Positions 17,505 through 28,115 of a stretch of 64,000 bases of DNA are shown here, piece by piece. The DNA comes from an uncultured Bdellovibrionales bacterium (GTDB lineage: Bacteria > Bdellovibrionota > Bdellovibrionia > Bdellovibrionales > SG-bin7). Below the pieces are notes generated by a model. The model had not been told where the DNA came from. It worked only from the letters and a program-made list of their open reading frames with translations, and did no database searches. The translations under genes were made by a program, and so were the position numbers. How positions within the stretch are numbered: the stretch's first letter is position 1; the number at the start of each line of letters is the position of its first letter. The stretch lies in the NCBI GenBank assembly GCA_964498095.1, contig CAZCFY010000012.1, positions 69,807-133,806 on the forward strand, read 5' to 3'.

Positions 17505-18026
17505 ATGAAAAAGCTTTTAGTAATTTCGTTTTTGGTCTTTACAGCGGCTGCGTCTGGACGCGAGTTAGTTTCAGCGCAGGACTCCGAGGGAATATACTGT
17601 CCCCAGTGCAATACGGAAATTTTCATACCGAACAAGCTTAATCAGCAGTTGGCTGCTATCAGCGACGCAGTTACCACTGATATAGTAAAAAGAGTTTTTA
17701 AAGAACGCCGAGGAAAGGACGCCGGAAGCAATCACATGTCCGTGGCTACTTTTAAAGGACTCTATAATAAAATTACAAAGAAGCCCCTGGAAGATATTAG
17801 TACTATCCAAAGTCACCTTGATGTCAGTGGTAAATATGTATTTATCGACGAACCGGCAAAGCGAGTGGGTGACCTCATCACTACTATAATGGATCATACC
17901 TCGCAGGCAGCTTTTAGAGATTATCTAAAGTACAAGGCGACCCATCAGGCCTATTTAGAGCAGGTACGCAAAAATTTGCCGCCCAACGCGGGCTATGAAA
18001 CCATTACTATTAACCGAGTTCAATAA
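17505..18026 (+). CDS. hypothetical secreted CxxC protein (paralog of 18507..19016)
   Basis: Signal peptide and CPQC. The block VKRVFKERRGKDAGSNHMSVATFKGLYNKITKKP aligns with the paralog's VSQVFAARKGLEAKGYSMSVQKFKEIYANLYKNSKEP. GGAGG Shine-Dalgarno. Confidence 0.62.
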   Translation: MKKLLVISFLVFTAAASGRELVSAQDSEGIYCPQCNTEIFIPNKLNQQLAAISDAVTTDIVKRVFKERRGKDAGSNHMSVATFKGLYNKITKKPLEDISTIQSHLDVSGKYVFIDEPAKRVGDLITTIMDHTSQAAFRDYLKYKATHQAYLEQVRKNLPPNAGYETITINRVQ

Positions 18027-18042
18027 AAAAGAAGGAGTACTT

Positions 18043-18309
18043 ATGAAATATTTATTAATGACAACTTTACTTGCGGTCGCCGTATTCGCGTCGATAGCGA
18101 AATCGATCGAAACACATTCACTTTCATCAACATCTCAAGAGGATGCCGAGTTATTAAATGATCTTCAGTCAGCTCGCGCCAAAGTAAGACGCTACATGAA
18201 TGACGATCTCCGCCGTGGAATTTACCTCAACGAATTGTCTCTACTATGTATGCGCGTTGAAGAGCGCCGTATCGCCCGCTGTGACGTCGATATTAAACCC
18301 ATTCAATAA
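18043..18309 (+). CDS. hypothetical small secreted protein
   Basis: AAGGAG lies 7 nt upstream of ATG 18043. Signal peptide MKYLLMTTLLAVAVFASIAKS, two Cys. Confidence 0.5.
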   Translation: MKYLLMTTLLAVAVFASIAKSIETHSLSSTSQEDAELLNDLQSARAKVRRYMNDDLRRGIYLNELSLLCMRVEERRIARCDVDIKPIQ

Positions 18310-18319
18310 GTGAAACAAA

Positions 18320-18348
18320 AGAGCCGAGCTTTCGCTCGGCTTCTTTTA
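18320..18348 (+). terminator. rho-independent terminator
   Basis: agccgagc-tttc-gctcggct stem-loop followed by tcttttat. Confidence 0.7.
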
Positions 18349-18506
18349 TGCGAAAACAATCCCTATTTTGGCAAACAAAAATAACGTAGAAATTTTGGAC
18401 GGGCGCCCAAGCCCTATCAGAAAATGCTATCTCAAATCCAAGGTCATCTAATACCCGGGCATATATATTGAAGTCCTTTACACTAAGATCCACTTTTGGA
18501 GGGAAA

Positions 18507-19016
18507 ATGAAGAATTTTTTGGTAACTACAATCTTGATCTTTGCCGCGGCTGCGGCTTCGGCAAGAGAGCCGATATCAGATAACGTCGACTCAGAAGACC
18601 AGGAATTAGAAGCAAACTGTCCCGAGTGCAAGTTTTTTCTAGACGCCGAAAAACTCAAGCGGGAAACCGCAGAATTAAAGCGGGAGGTAATTTTAGAAAA
18701 AGTCAGCCAAGTGTTTGCTGCCCGCAAGGGACTTGAAGCTAAGGGCTATTCTATGTCGGTGCAAAAGTTTAAAGAAATTTACGCAAACCTCTACAAAAAT
18801 AGTAAGGAACCAGATATGGAGGATTTCCGCGAATATATGGATAAATCGGGTGAAAAGATCTATCGACTCAATGTCGAACTTATGGAAAGAGTTGTTAACC
18901 TCGGACATAAAGTGATCACACCAAATAAGGACCAAGTCCAAGGAACAATCCGTTTGGAAAGCCGCGTATCTCCTACAGAAGAACTCACAAAAAAACGTGC
19001 TCGAGGGGACCAGTAA
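18507..19016 (+). CDS. hypothetical secreted CxxC protein (paralog of 17505..18026)
   Basis: GGAGGG Shine-Dalgarno before ATG 18507, signal peptide MKNFLVTTILIFAAAAASA, CPEC. Collinear similarity to 17505..18026. Confidence 0.62.
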   Translation: MKNFLVTTILIFAAAAASAREPISDNVDSEDQELEANCPECKFFLDAEKLKRETAELKREVILEKVSQVFAARKGLEAKGYSMSVQKFKEIYANLYKNSKEPDMEDFREYMDKSGEKIYRLNVELMERVVNLGHKVITPNKDQVQGTIRLESRVSPTEELTKKRARGDQ

Positions 19017-19050
19017 ATAAAAAGCCGAGCTTTCGCTCGGCCTTTTTTAA
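19016..19050. terminator. bidirectional rho-independent terminator (serves 18507..19016 and glnA)
   Basis: gccgagc-tttc-gctcggc stem flanked by an A-run on the left and a T-run on the right. Same 18-nt core as the terminator at 18320..18348. Confidence 0.7.
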
Positions 19051-19086
19051 CGCACATGCACTACCAAAAAGAACCTGGAACCTTTT
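19049..19086. repeat. 38-nt intergenic repeat, copy 1 (aacgcacatgcactaccaaaaagaacctggaacctttt)
   Basis: Matches 48855..48892 at 37 of 38 positions, same orientation. Confidence 0.85.
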
Positions 19087-19090
19087 AGCG

Positions 19091-20506
19091 TTAGAGATCG
19101 AAGTACAAGTAGAACTCGTAGGGAACCGGACGCATTTGCATCGGTTGGATTTCGTGTTTCACTTTGTACTCGGTCCAAGTTTCGATAAGGTCTCTTGAGA
19201 AGACATCGCCTTTTAACAAGAACTCATGATCTTTGTTCAGACAGTCAATCGCTTCTGGTAATGAGCCTGGAGCTGACGGAACATTTTTGAGTTCCTCAGG
19301 AGAAAGACCGTAAATGTCTTTTTCTAACGGCGCTCCCGGATCGATCTTATTTAGAATACCATCAATGCCGGCCATCAAGATCGCGGCACAGCTTAAATAG
19401 ATGTTAGCGCTTGGATCTGGCGTGCGGTACTCAATACGTTTGGCTTTCGGGCTTGAGCCTGAGTTGGGAATACGAATCGCAGCCGAACGGTTTTTATAAC
19501 TGTAAGCTAAATTTACCGGTGCCTCATAACCCGGGACAAGACGCTTATATGAGTTTGTCGTGGGGTTCGTGAACGCGCACATTGCCGGCGCATGTTTTAA
19601 AATTCCGCCGATAAAATAAAGTGCTTGTTGCGATAGTCCCGCATATTTATCGCCCGCAAAAAGATTTTTTCCGTCTTTCCAAATCGAAGCATGGGTGTGC
19701 ATGCCAGAGCCGTTATCGCCGTAAATAGGTTTGGGCATAAACGTTGCGGTTTTACCATGACGGCGCGAAACGTTTTTAACGATATATTTAAACCACATCA
19801 TCTTATCGCAAATCTCAAGAATGCTATCAAAGCGTAAATTGATTTCGCCTTGGCCCGCCGAGGCCACTTCGTGATGTTGACGTTCAACGGGGATTCCCGC
19901 TTTTTCCATCTCTAAACAAATTTCCGTGCGGATATCATGAAGTGTATCGTGCGGAAGGGCCGGGAAGTATCCTTCTTTATGACGAGGTTTATAACCTAAG
20001 TTTTTTCCACCTTCGTCACGGCCGGTGTTCCAAGTCGCTTCATCCGAATCGACTTTATAGAAGCCACCGTAATTTGTTTGTTCGTAACGGACATCATCAA
20101 AAATAAAGAATTCCGCTTCGGGCCCCATATAGACAGTGTCACCTAAGCCGGTTGATTTTAAATACGCAATGGCTTTTCTAACAATCTGACGGGGGTCGCG
20201 ATCATAAGGAACTAAAGTATCCGGCAAATGAATGTTACAAGTTAAAGAAAGTGTCGGTACTTCCATGAACGGATCCATTTTAGCCGTGGCGGGATCGGGA
20301 ATCACGATCATGTCGGATTCATGAATGCTGCGCCATCCACGGATAGAACTGCCGTCAAAGCCGAGACCTTCTTCGAAAACGTCAGGAGTTAACTGACTAA
20401 TGGGAATCGTGAAGTGTTGCCACGTACCCGGTAAATCACAAAACTTAAGGTCAACCATTTTGGCCCCTTGTGATTTTGCGAGCTCTAATGCGCTTTGTGC
20501 ATTCAT
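19091..20506 (-). CDS. glnA: glutamine synthetase, type I
   Basis: 471 aa with [34 protein letters not shown] and the adenylylation-loop-like [10 protein letters not shown]. Confidence 0.96.
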   Translation of the reverse strand: MNAQSALELAKSQGAKMVDLKFCDLPGTWQHFTIPISQLTPDVFEEGLGFDGSSIRGWRSIHESDMIVIPDPATAKMDPFMEVPTLSLTCNIHLPDTLVPYDRDPRQIVRKAIAYLKSTGLGDTVYMGPEAEFFIFDDVRYEQTNYGGFYKVDSDEATWNTGRDEGGKNLGYKPRHKEGYFPALPHDTLHDIRTEICLEMEKAGIPVERQHHEVASAGQGEINLRFDSILEICDKMMWFKYIVKNVSRRHGKTATFMPKPIYGDNGSGMHTHASIWKDGKNLFAGDKYAGLSQQALYFIGGILKHAPAMCAFTNPTTNSYKRLVPGYEAPVNLAYSYKNRSAAIRIPNSGSSPKAKRIEYRTPDPSANIYLSCAAILMAGIDGILNKIDPGAPLEKDIYGLSPEELKNVPSAPGSLPEAIDCLNKDHEFLLKGDVFSRDLIETWTEYKVKHEIQPMQMRPVPYEFYLYFDL

Positions 20507-20567
20507 GCTTTTTTTCTCCTTTAAATTTGTTAAGCGTTAAAAAGTTATTTTTTTAAAATTGTCATTA

Positions 20568-20927
<360 letters not shown>

Positions 20928-21086
20928 CTAGCAACTAATTCTAAGTTGTTCAATAGAGGTCGAAGTGATTACTTCTCGCAAAATGAAAATATTTTTTTTA
21001 AAATTTCTGGCGCCATTACCATTGCTCTTTTTTTAGATATTTGCTATACCGGACAGACTTTCCGCAAAAAATCATGGGGTAATTGA

Positions 21087-21686
21087 ATGACGAATGACTT
21101 GCTTTTTGTTTACGGATCGTTTTCAGAAGGTATGGTCCACTTCAATAAGATTTCAAATTACATTACAGAAACATTCCCCGCCCAAGTTCGGGGCAGTATT
21201 TATCATCTAGAAGTGGGCTACCCAGTATTAGTAAATAACGGATCTGATGCGGTGTTTGGATCTGTGGTTCGCTTAAAAGACGCGGACATGCTCTTTAAGA
21301 TTCTTGATGAATTCCATGGTTATAGCATCGTTGAACCGAATAAGAGTTTATACATTCGTCATGAGTTAGTGGCAGCTAAAGTTCCAACACTAGAAGAGAC
21401 AGTGGTATGTGCCTATACTCTAAATCCCGCAAAGCTGCCGCGTGGAGCCACGAAGATACAAGACGGGAATTGGTTGCGTGCCATGAGTGAACAACCCTCA
21501 ATCCTGCAAAGTCTGACTGAACGCCACAAGGGCTATATTAAGAAATTGGCAGAATCGAATCGCCGCGAAACCATAGTATATCCCTTAGACGTGTGTCGTG
21601 ACTTAGAGCGTATGCAGATAATCGTAGATAAAGGCCGCCGCTTTGCTTTGACCAATCTGGGAAAAGAAGTTAGCCGATTTATTTAA
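21087..21686 (+). CDS. gamma-glutamylcyclotransferase (AIG2/GGACT-like) domain protein with C-terminal winged-helix-like extension
   Basis: LLFVYGSFSEGMVHF...GYPVLV... fits the GGCT-like fold (aa ~5-125). The C-terminal ~70 aa (LTERHKGYIKKL...LERMQIIVDKGRRFALTNLGKEV) look wHTH-like. Confidence 0.65.
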   Translation: MTNDLLFVYGSFSEGMVHFNKISNYITETFPAQVRGSIYHLEVGYPVLVNNGSDAVFGSVVRLKDADMLFKILDEFHGYSIVEPNKSLYIRHELVAAKVPTLEETVVCAYTLNPAKLPRGATKIQDGNWLRAMSEQPSILQSLTERHKGYIKKLAESNRRETIVYPLDVCRDLERMQIIVDKGRRFALTNLGKEVSRFI

Positions 21687-22169
21687 ATGTTTAACATCGT
21701 ACTTGTCGAACCCGAGATCCCAAACAATACCGGTAATATCGGTAGAACTTGTTTGGGAACGGGTTGTAAGCTCCATCTTATAGATCCACTCGGTTTTGAA
21801 ATTTCCGATAGCAAACTTAAGCGGGCGGGACTGGATTATTGGGAAAAGCTAAATTGGAGCCGTCATACGAGCTTTAAAGATTGGCAAAAAATTGTTCCCG
21901 ACTTTAACCGAGCCTTCTTTTTCTCGAAAAAAGCGACGCGTCCCTACTATAACGTGGATTACCGACCCGGCGATTGGCTGGTTTTTGGTAAGGAAACAAA
22001 GGGCCTGAGTGACGAGATTCTAAGCCAACACGGCGCGCAAGCTGTACAGATACCGATGTATGGACCTATTCGCAGTCTAAATTTGTCTAATGCCGTAGCA
22101 GTCGCGGTCTACGAAGCTCTTCGCCAGCACGATACTGGCGCTGGTAGAGAGAATTCTTTGCACGTATAG
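21687..22169 (+). CDS. trmL: tRNA (cytidine/uridine-2'-O-)-methyltransferase TrmL (SpoU family)
   Basis: [29 protein letters not shown] and [16 protein letters not shown]. Confidence 0.87.
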   Translation: MFNIVLVEPEIPNNTGNIGRTCLGTGCKLHLIDPLGFEISDSKLKRAGLDYWEKLNWSRHTSFKDWQKIVPDFNRAFFFSKKATRPYYNVDYRPGDWLVFGKETKGLSDEILSQHGAQAVQIPMYGPIRSLNLSNAVAVAVYEALRQHDTGAGRENSLHV

Positions 22170-22203
22170 ACACCTGAAACTATTCAGGTTACTCTATTTC
22201 CTT

Positions 22204-24927
22204 ATGCTAAAAAAATTCGTCGCAAAAGTAATTGGAACAAAGCACGACCGGGATATGAAAAAGGTGCGGCCCATAGTTGAGGCGGTCAACTCCTTTGAGC
22301 CGGCGATTAAAAAACTTTCTGACGAAGAATTAAAAAATAAAACCGCAGAATTTAAACAGCGTTTAGCTAACGGCCAAACTTTAGATGACATTTTACCCGA
22401 AGCTTTTGCGGTTTGCCGCGAAGCCAGTTCACGTGTACTGCGCATGCGTCACTACGACGTGCAGCTTATCGGTGGGATTATTTTACATAAAGGTAATATT
22501 GCGGAAATGAAAACGGGAGAAGGTAAAACTCTCGTGGCGACTCTCCCGGTTTATTTAAACGCGCTATCTGGCAAAGGTGTGCACGTCGTTACAGTCAATG
22601 ATTACCTTGCTAAACGTGACTCGGAGTGGATGGGAAGACTTTATAAGTTCTTAGGTCTTTCCGTCGGCATTATCGTACATGAATTAAATGATCAACAGCG
22701 CCAAACCTCCTACAATAGTGATATCACCTACGGCACGAATAATGAATTTGGCTTTGATTATCTGCGCGACAACATGAAATTTGATATCAACGATTACGTG
22801 CAGAGGCCGCTTAACTTCGCCATCGTGGACGAGTGCGACTCCATTCTTATTGATGAAGCGCGAACTCCACTTATTATCTCGGGGCCGGCCGAAGGTTCCA
22901 CCGAGAAATACCTAACGGTAAACAAAATTATTCCGCACTTAAAAAAAGAAACCCATTTCGTGATGGAAGAAAAGTCAAAAACGGCTTCGCTGACGGAAGA
23001 GGGTAATCACAAAGTTGAAGAACTTTTAGGAATTGAAAATCTTTTTGATCCGCGTAACATCGACCTGCTTCACCATGTTTACCAGGGTTTAAAGGCGTAT
23101 CACCTTTACCGCCGCGACGTGGAATATATGGTGCGCGATAATGAAGTCATCATCGTTGACGAATTTACCGGCCGTTTAATGCCCGGCCGCCGTTGGAGCG
23201 ATGGACTTCACCAAGCCATTGAGGCCAAAGAAGGTGTTACGGTTAAAAACGAAAACCAAACACTGGCCACCATTACTTTCCAAAATTATTTCCGTATGTA
23301 TAAAAAACTTGCGGGGATGACGGGGACTGCCGACACCGAGGCCGTGGAATTCAAGAAAATCTATAATCTGGATGTGGTGGTTATTCCCACCAATAAACCC
23401 GTTAACCGTACCGATAACGAAGACGTCGTTTACAAAACCGAAAAGGCAAAATTTAAAGCTATTATCGATGACGTCCGGCAACGCACCGAAAAAGGTCAGC
23501 CTTGTCTAGTGGGAACTGCCAGTATTGAAAAATCTGAAGTCCTTAGTCAGTTTTTAAAAAATGCCGGTGTTAGACATAATGTTTTAAATGCCAAACATCA
23601 CGAGCGCGAAGCCGACATCATCGCGCAGGCGGGACGAAAAGCGGCTGTAACTATCGCCACCAACATGGCCGGCCGCGGAACCGATATTTTGCTCGGTGGT
23701 AATCCCGAAGTTTTAGCCAAACACGAGTGGAAGGGTGATAACCAAAGTGAATTTGAAGCGCTCGTGCAAAAATACCGCGGAACAACCGAAAAAGAGAAAC
23801 AAGAAGTTATTTCTGCCGGCGGACTTTATATAGTCGGTACTGAACGTCACGAATCACGCCGCATTGATAATCAGTTGCGCGGCCGTGCCGGCCGTCAGGG
23901 CGATCCGGGAGCCTCGCGTTTTTATCTGTCACTGGATGACAGTCTGATGCGGATTTTTAATGGGGAACGCTTACAAAAAATCATGAACACGTTAAAAGTT
24001 CCTGATGATGAACCCATTACCGCGCGTATGGTAACGGGATCAATCGAAGGCGCCCAAAGAAAAGTAGAAGCGCATAACTTTGATATCCGTAAACACTTAC
24101 TAGAATACGATGACGTCATGAACCAGCAGCGCACGCTCATATATGGTCTGCGCCGCCGCATTTTAGAAAATCAAAATGTTGGTGAAGTTATTTTGGAGAT
24201 GTTATCGGATGTAACCTCAGTTTTACTTGATACATTCGTGCCGGCGGATGCCAAATCAAAAAATTGGGATCTCAAAGGTCTGACAGTCGGAATACAGCAG
24301 CAGTTTGGCGTTAACATCGAGTTCTCGCAGAAGGCATCGCTTTCGGCCAACGACATTGTGGAAACGATGAAAACTCAGGTGAAGAGCACGTTCGACGAAC
24401 AAAAGTCTCGCCTGGGTCCCTATTACGATCATTTACAAAAAATGATTCTCCTGCAAACCATAGATATGCGTTGGAAGGAACATCTCGCGCGCATTGATAA
24501 ATTAAAAGAAGGCATTAATCTCCGCGCTTACGCGCAAAAAGATCCTTTGATTGAATATAAAAAAGAAGCTTACCGCGCTTTTGAAGAAATGAATCAACTG
24601 ATACGCGCGGAAACCATTGAAAAATTATTTAAAGTACAAATTATGTCGCCCGAGCAGGCGCAAGAAATTGAGCTGGATTCGGGTGTTGATGAAAGCCGCT
24701 TAAACTATAACAATCCTGCCGAAGTGATCGAACAGCCTACACTCAATGGTGGAGCGCCGGCACGGTCAGTGGCGCCCGCGCGTGACATGTCTTTTGGTCC
24801 AACGGCAGCGCCGCCGCGCCGTGAGGCTGTAACAGCCCGTCGTGATGAGCCCAAAGTAGGCCGTAACGATCCTTGTCCATGTGGCAGTGGCAAAAAATAT
24901 AAAAAGTGCCATGGCGCTATGTCCTAA
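22204..24927 (+). CDS. secA: preprotein translocase ATPase SecA
   Basis: 907 aa with [33 protein letters not shown]-type motif (here [19 protein letters not shown]) and [11 protein letters not shown]-terminal zinc motif [14 protein letters not shown]. Confidence 0.97.
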   Translation: MLKKFVAKVIGTKHDRDMKKVRPIVEAVNSFEPAIKKLSDEELKNKTAEFKQRLANGQTLDDILPEAFAVCREASSRVLRMRHYDVQLIGGIILHKGNIAEMKTGEGKTLVATLPVYLNALSGKGVHVVTVNDYLAKRDSEWMGRLYKFLGLSVGIIVHELNDQQRQTSYNSDITYGTNNEFGFDYLRDNMKFDINDYVQRPLNFAIVDECDSILIDEARTPLIISGPAEGSTEKYLTVNKIIPHLKKETHFVMEEKSKTASLTEEGNHKVEELLGIENLFDPRNIDLLHHVYQGLKAYHLYRRDVEYMVRDNEVIIVDEFTGRLMPGRRWSDGLHQAIEAKEGVTVKNENQTLATITFQNYFRMYKKLAGMTGTADTEAVEFKKIYNLDVVVIPTNKPVNRTDNEDVVYKTEKAKFKAIIDDVRQRTEKGQPCLVGTASIEKSEVLSQFLKNAGVRHNVLNAKHHEREADIIAQAGRKAAVTIATNMAGRGTDILLGGNPEVLAKHEWKGDNQSEFEALVQKYRGTTEKEKQEVISAGGLYIVGTERHESRRIDNQLRGRAGRQGDPGASRFYLSLDDSLMRIFNGERLQKIMNTLKVPDDEPITARMVTGSIEGAQRKVEAHNFDIRKHLLEYDDVMNQQRTLIYGLRRRILENQNVGEVILEMLSDVTSVLLDTFVPADAKSKNWDLKGLTVGIQQQFGVNIEFSQKASLSANDIVETMKTQVKSTFDEQKSRLGPYYDHLQKMILLQTIDMRWKEHLARIDKLKEGINLRAYAQKDPLIEYKKEAYRAFEEMNQLIRAETIEKLFKVQIMSPEQAQEIELDSGVDESRLNYNNPAEVIEQPTLNGGAPARSVAPARDMSFGPTAAPPRREAVTARRDEPKVGRNDPCPCGSGKKYKKCHGAMS

Positions 24928-25573
24928 GTGCAGCACGCCAGTAACGGTCGATTTTGGAATACATACTTGTAGCGTTTGTGAGTCTGTTCTCTTTATAGAT
25001 TTTAATGGAAATGTGCAGCTGGATTCGGGTCAAAATGCGGACCCCATGCCAGCGCCGAATTTTAATATTCCACCCGCCAATATTTCTTCACCGACGGAAG
25101 GCTTCCTGCCGCCGGCTTTTGAAACCACCATGCCAGCCGCCGATCCTCTTGTTCCCTTGCCGCCGCCGGTGTTCCCACAAGGTAATAACGAAATTCCTGA
25201 TATGCCCGCGCCATTGCCGGAGGCGCCTCAGCAATTATCCAAAGCGCCAACGATTGGGGGTGCCAGCAGTGACCTTTCTGACGTTGCGGCGTTTGGTAAT
25301 TCGGAAGCCTCGCTTGGCAAGGACGGGGCCTATATATACGACGTGTTGATTTGGAATATTGATTCTAAAGAAATTCGCGAAGCTTTGAGAGAGGCGTTAA
25401 AAGATAAGAGATTTGCCTGGGACGCCGAACGCATAATGAGCTCGATCAATCAGGGCGCCGTAAGAATTGCGCAAGTCAACGCAGTCAAAGCGGCCGTGCT
25501 AATAAACAGAATTAAAAATTTACCGTTAGGAATTTCATGGGAACAAAGCTTACATACCGAATCGGTACGCTAA
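24911..25573 (+). CDS. hypothetical zinc-ribbon / proline-rich protein
   Basis: CPKC-x15-CSVC ribbon, Pro-rich middle, C-terminal ~90-aa alpha/beta-looking domain. Overlaps the secA 3' end by 17 nt; a GTG at 24881 is an alternative start. Confidence 0.5.
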   Translation: MALCPKCSTPVTVDFGIHTCSVCESVLFIDFNGNVQLDSGQNADPMPAPNFNIPPANISSPTEGFLPPAFETTMPAADPLVPLPPPVFPQGNNEIPDMPAPLPEAPQQLSKAPTIGGASSDLSDVAAFGNSEASLGKDGAYIYDVLIWNIDSKEIREALREALKDKRFAWDAERIMSSINQGAVRIAQVNAVKAAVLINRIKNLPLGISWEQSLHTESVR

Positions 25574-26043
25574 TTCTCTTAAGCCAATTTGCTCTGGCGG
25601 GGAATTTTGATACCCATACGCAGAACCTGCAAAACATGGTGGGCGCCATTTCAGATATCGAAGCCGAAATAAAGAATTTAATTCATCATAAGAGGGCTGA
25701 GCATGATCGCGAGGCTCAGCAAAAAACGATGAAAGAAATCCAACAAAGCCACAAAAAGCTCGAAGAGGCCTATAAGAATTATAACGAAGAAGTGAACCAC
25801 GTAAAATACCGTCACCCTGAACAGGGCGACCAGGGCGAGCGGACTTATACCGTATTAAAGCCGCGCACTTTGGAACAAATTGAAAACGATATTGGCTTAG
25901 AGGGAAAGCTCGACCGTATTAAGCGTAAATTAGAGCGGCAATATAACCAGCCCCCGCCGCCGCCAAAAACGCAAAAAGAAGAGCTTGAAGAAAAGAAAAA
26001 AGCAGAAGATAAGTCTCCAGAAAGAATTATTTTACGCAAATAA
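25537..26043 (+). CDS. hypothetical secreted coiled-coil protein
   Basis: Hydrophobic N-terminus [14 protein letters not shown], then charged heptad-like sequence and a PPPPP tract. 37-nt overlap with the upstream ORF. Confidence 0.5.
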   Translation: MGTKLTYRIGTLILLSQFALAGNFDTHTQNLQNMVGAISDIEAEIKNLIHHKRAEHDREAQQKTMKEIQQSHKKLEEAYKNYNEEVNHVKYRHPEQGDQGERTYTVLKPRTLEQIENDIGLEGKLDRIKRKLERQYNQPPPPPKTQKEELEEKKKAEDKSPERIILRK

Positions 26044-26052
26044 GGACTCAAA

Positions 26053-26889
26053 ATGGAGACCAACCAAATAAAAGGTAATATCGAAGAAACCGAATATACC
26101 CTGCACCGTCGTTTTGACCGCATGGGGCGCTTAGTCGGCGACACGGCGATGAAGAAACTTTTTAATACGCATGTCACCGTCATTGGGTTGGGCGGTGTTG
26201 GTTCGTGGGCGGCAGAAAGTTTGGCGCGCTCTGGGATAGGCAAACTAACGGTTATAGATTTTGATTTAATATGTATTACAAACTCAAACCGCCAGCTGCA
26301 TGCTCTCCAAGGCCTTGTTGGAAAAAGAAAAGCCGAGGTTATGGCCGAGCGTTTGCGCCGGATAAATCCGCAAATGCAGGTTTTTGAACGCGTGGAATTT
26401 TATAACGAAGAAAGTTCTGAATCGATATTGAGCGAAAAACCCCAATATATAATAGACGCTATCGACAATCTTACGGCCAAGGCCCACCTACTGGCGTCCT
26501 GCCGAGAGCGTAACCTTAAAGTAATTTCCAGTATGGGCGCCTCCGCCAGGCTTGACCCAACAATGGTTAAAGTCGCTGATATGGCGGAGTCACATTCTGA
26601 TCCTTTGGCGCATCAGTTACGAAAAATCTTAAGGTCTAAATATAATTTTCCGGCGGAGGGTGTTTTCGGCATACCTTGTGTTTTTTCGGATGAGCCAGTC
26701 ATCATGCCCAAGGACTTAACCTACGATAAAGGTGAGGGCTTCAAATGCGTTTGTCCGCAGGGCCAAAACAATTTGCACTCGTGTGAAAAGCGTAATGTAA
26801 TTTACGGCAATGCGAGCTTTGTGACGGGAGCTTTTGGCTTAGCAACGGCATCTTGGATTGTGAAAGATGTAATACGCCAGCCCTCCTAA
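26053..26889 (+). CDS. tcdA: tRNA threonylcarbamoyladenosine dehydratase (ThiF/TcdA family)
   Basis: VTVIGLGGVGSWAAESLARSGIGKLTVIDFDLICITNSNRQ. Confidence 0.86.
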   Translation: METNQIKGNIEETEYTLHRRFDRMGRLVGDTAMKKLFNTHVTVIGLGGVGSWAAESLARSGIGKLTVIDFDLICITNSNRQLHALQGLVGKRKAEVMAERLRRINPQMQVFERVEFYNEESSESILSEKPQYIIDAIDNLTAKAHLLASCRERNLKVISSMGASARLDPTMVKVADMAESHSDPLAHQLRKILRSKYNFPAEGVFGIPCVFSDEPVIMPKDLTYDKGEGFKCVCPQGQNNLHSCEKRNVIYGNASFVTGAFGLATASWIVKDVIRQPS

Positions 26890-26918
26890 AAAAGGCCGGC
26901 GTAATAGGACGCGATTAT

Positions 26919-27377
26919 TTACTTGTCTAAGCTATAAAGTGCGCGCGAAAAGTTGCGGACAATTTCGCTAACTTCATTTGCTGCCGCATCGGTGGCATTT
27001 GAATCACGGCAGTTTATGCGTCGCCAAACAACGATAATTTTGCCGTTCGTTTGCTGAACGACGGTTCGTAGCGAGGGAGCATCCGTACATGCCGGGCTTG
27101 TGGGTTGCGTAAGTTCGTCACTCTTGATTTGATCGTTTAAAGCAATCAAGTTCTTAATTAACTTTGGCGAAAGTTTTGCCATCAAAGTTACTTTATTTTT
27201 ATTATCTACCTTTTGCACATCACCCGACGACAGGAAAAGCATCTTGTGTTCGCCTCTTCGCTCCGGCGGAGCAAATTGCACGTTGGCGATATAGGCAGCT
27301 ACCACGTCGCGCGGTAGGCTTTCCGCACTCGCCGCAAAACTCATTCCTAATAACATTAACGCTACAAATTCTTTCAT
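26919..27377 (-). CDS. hypothetical secreted protein
   Basis: Signal peptide MKEFVALMLLGMSFAASA. No family recognised. Confidence 0.5.
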   Translation of the reverse strand: MKEFVALMLLGMSFAASAESLPRDVVAAYIANVQFAPPERRGEHKMLFLSSGDVQKVDNKNKVTLMAKLSPKLIKNLIALNDQIKSDELTQPTSPACTDAPSLRTVVQQTNGKIIVVWRRINCRDSNATDAAANEVSEIVRNFSRALYSLDK

Positions 27378-27486
27378 ATAAATCCCCCTTGATGGGTCGG
27401 CTTTATATGCTGAAGGTATGAATGTCTATTTTTAAAGTCTTGATAAGGTGGCTCGATTACTCATATCGCGTATACTTACGCGTACC

Positions 27487-27924
27487 TTAGAGCTCTTTGA
27501 AATTGGGCTTTTGGGCTTGGGCCTCTTCGTCATCTTTTATATATTTTTCCAAATTTTCTTGTTTCTGTTTGGGTGTGAGATTTTCCATTTCAGAAGCCGT
27601 GGCACCAAAGGACGGAAGTAAACGCGAGTTTCTTGTATCAACGGCTTTAGCCGATTCTCCCGGCCGCGGCGTAACTGGCTCGCCTTTGTAGATAACTTTA
27701 TTATTTTTAAAGTGGAGCTCTTTGGTGGTCTTTTGTTCGCCGTTATAAAAAACATACTGCCAAACATCTTCGCTATTTCGGCGTTTGGTGAGTTGTGGAC
27801 CACCCACAAGTTCTAAAACTTCGGCCTTATCCATTCCCACTTTCAAGTCAGATTCAAAAGAATGCTGAGGCGTTGAGCAAGCGGCTGATAGTAACGTAAT
27901 GGCCAAAAGTTTTACTGTTTTCAT
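27487..27924 (-). CDS. BamE/SmpA-OmlA-like outer-membrane lipoprotein
   Basis: Lipobox LLSAAC. KVGMDKAEVLELVGGPQ...WQYVF pattern typical of the OmlA fold. Confidence 0.68.
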   Translation of the reverse strand: MKTVKLLAITLLSAACSTPQHSFESDLKVGMDKAEVLELVGGPQLTKRRNSEDVWQYVFYNGEQKTTKELHFKNNKVIYKGEPVTPRPGESAKAVDTRNSRLLPSFGATASEMENLTPKQKQENLEKYIKDDEEAQAQKPNFKEL

Positions 27925-28115
27925 ATTATTAAATTATAACTGATCAGCAATCTCACGGCTAAACATTTCAGAAATCTGTTTCATTATGAGACAAAAATCG
28001 CGAACCCATTTTGCGCCTATTTTGAGCATACGATTTTCGTGACAGAGGGGGGTCCTAATGCTACGTAGAATACTTAATTTACAAAAAATTTTGGTAACTT
28101 ACAGGAGTATGTCAA

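Noticed and set aside
18293-18727. 144-aa minus-strand ORF across the terminator and the start of the second CxxC paralog
   Set aside because: It would run through a strong hairpin terminator and overlap a gene with a good Shine-Dalgarno sequence and signal peptide. No supporting features.
25845-26243. 132-aa minus-strand ORF across the 25537..26043/tcdA junction
   Set aside because: It is antisense to two better-supported genes. The translation is low complexity (Ser/Phe-rich), mirroring the Lys/Glu-rich sense sequence.
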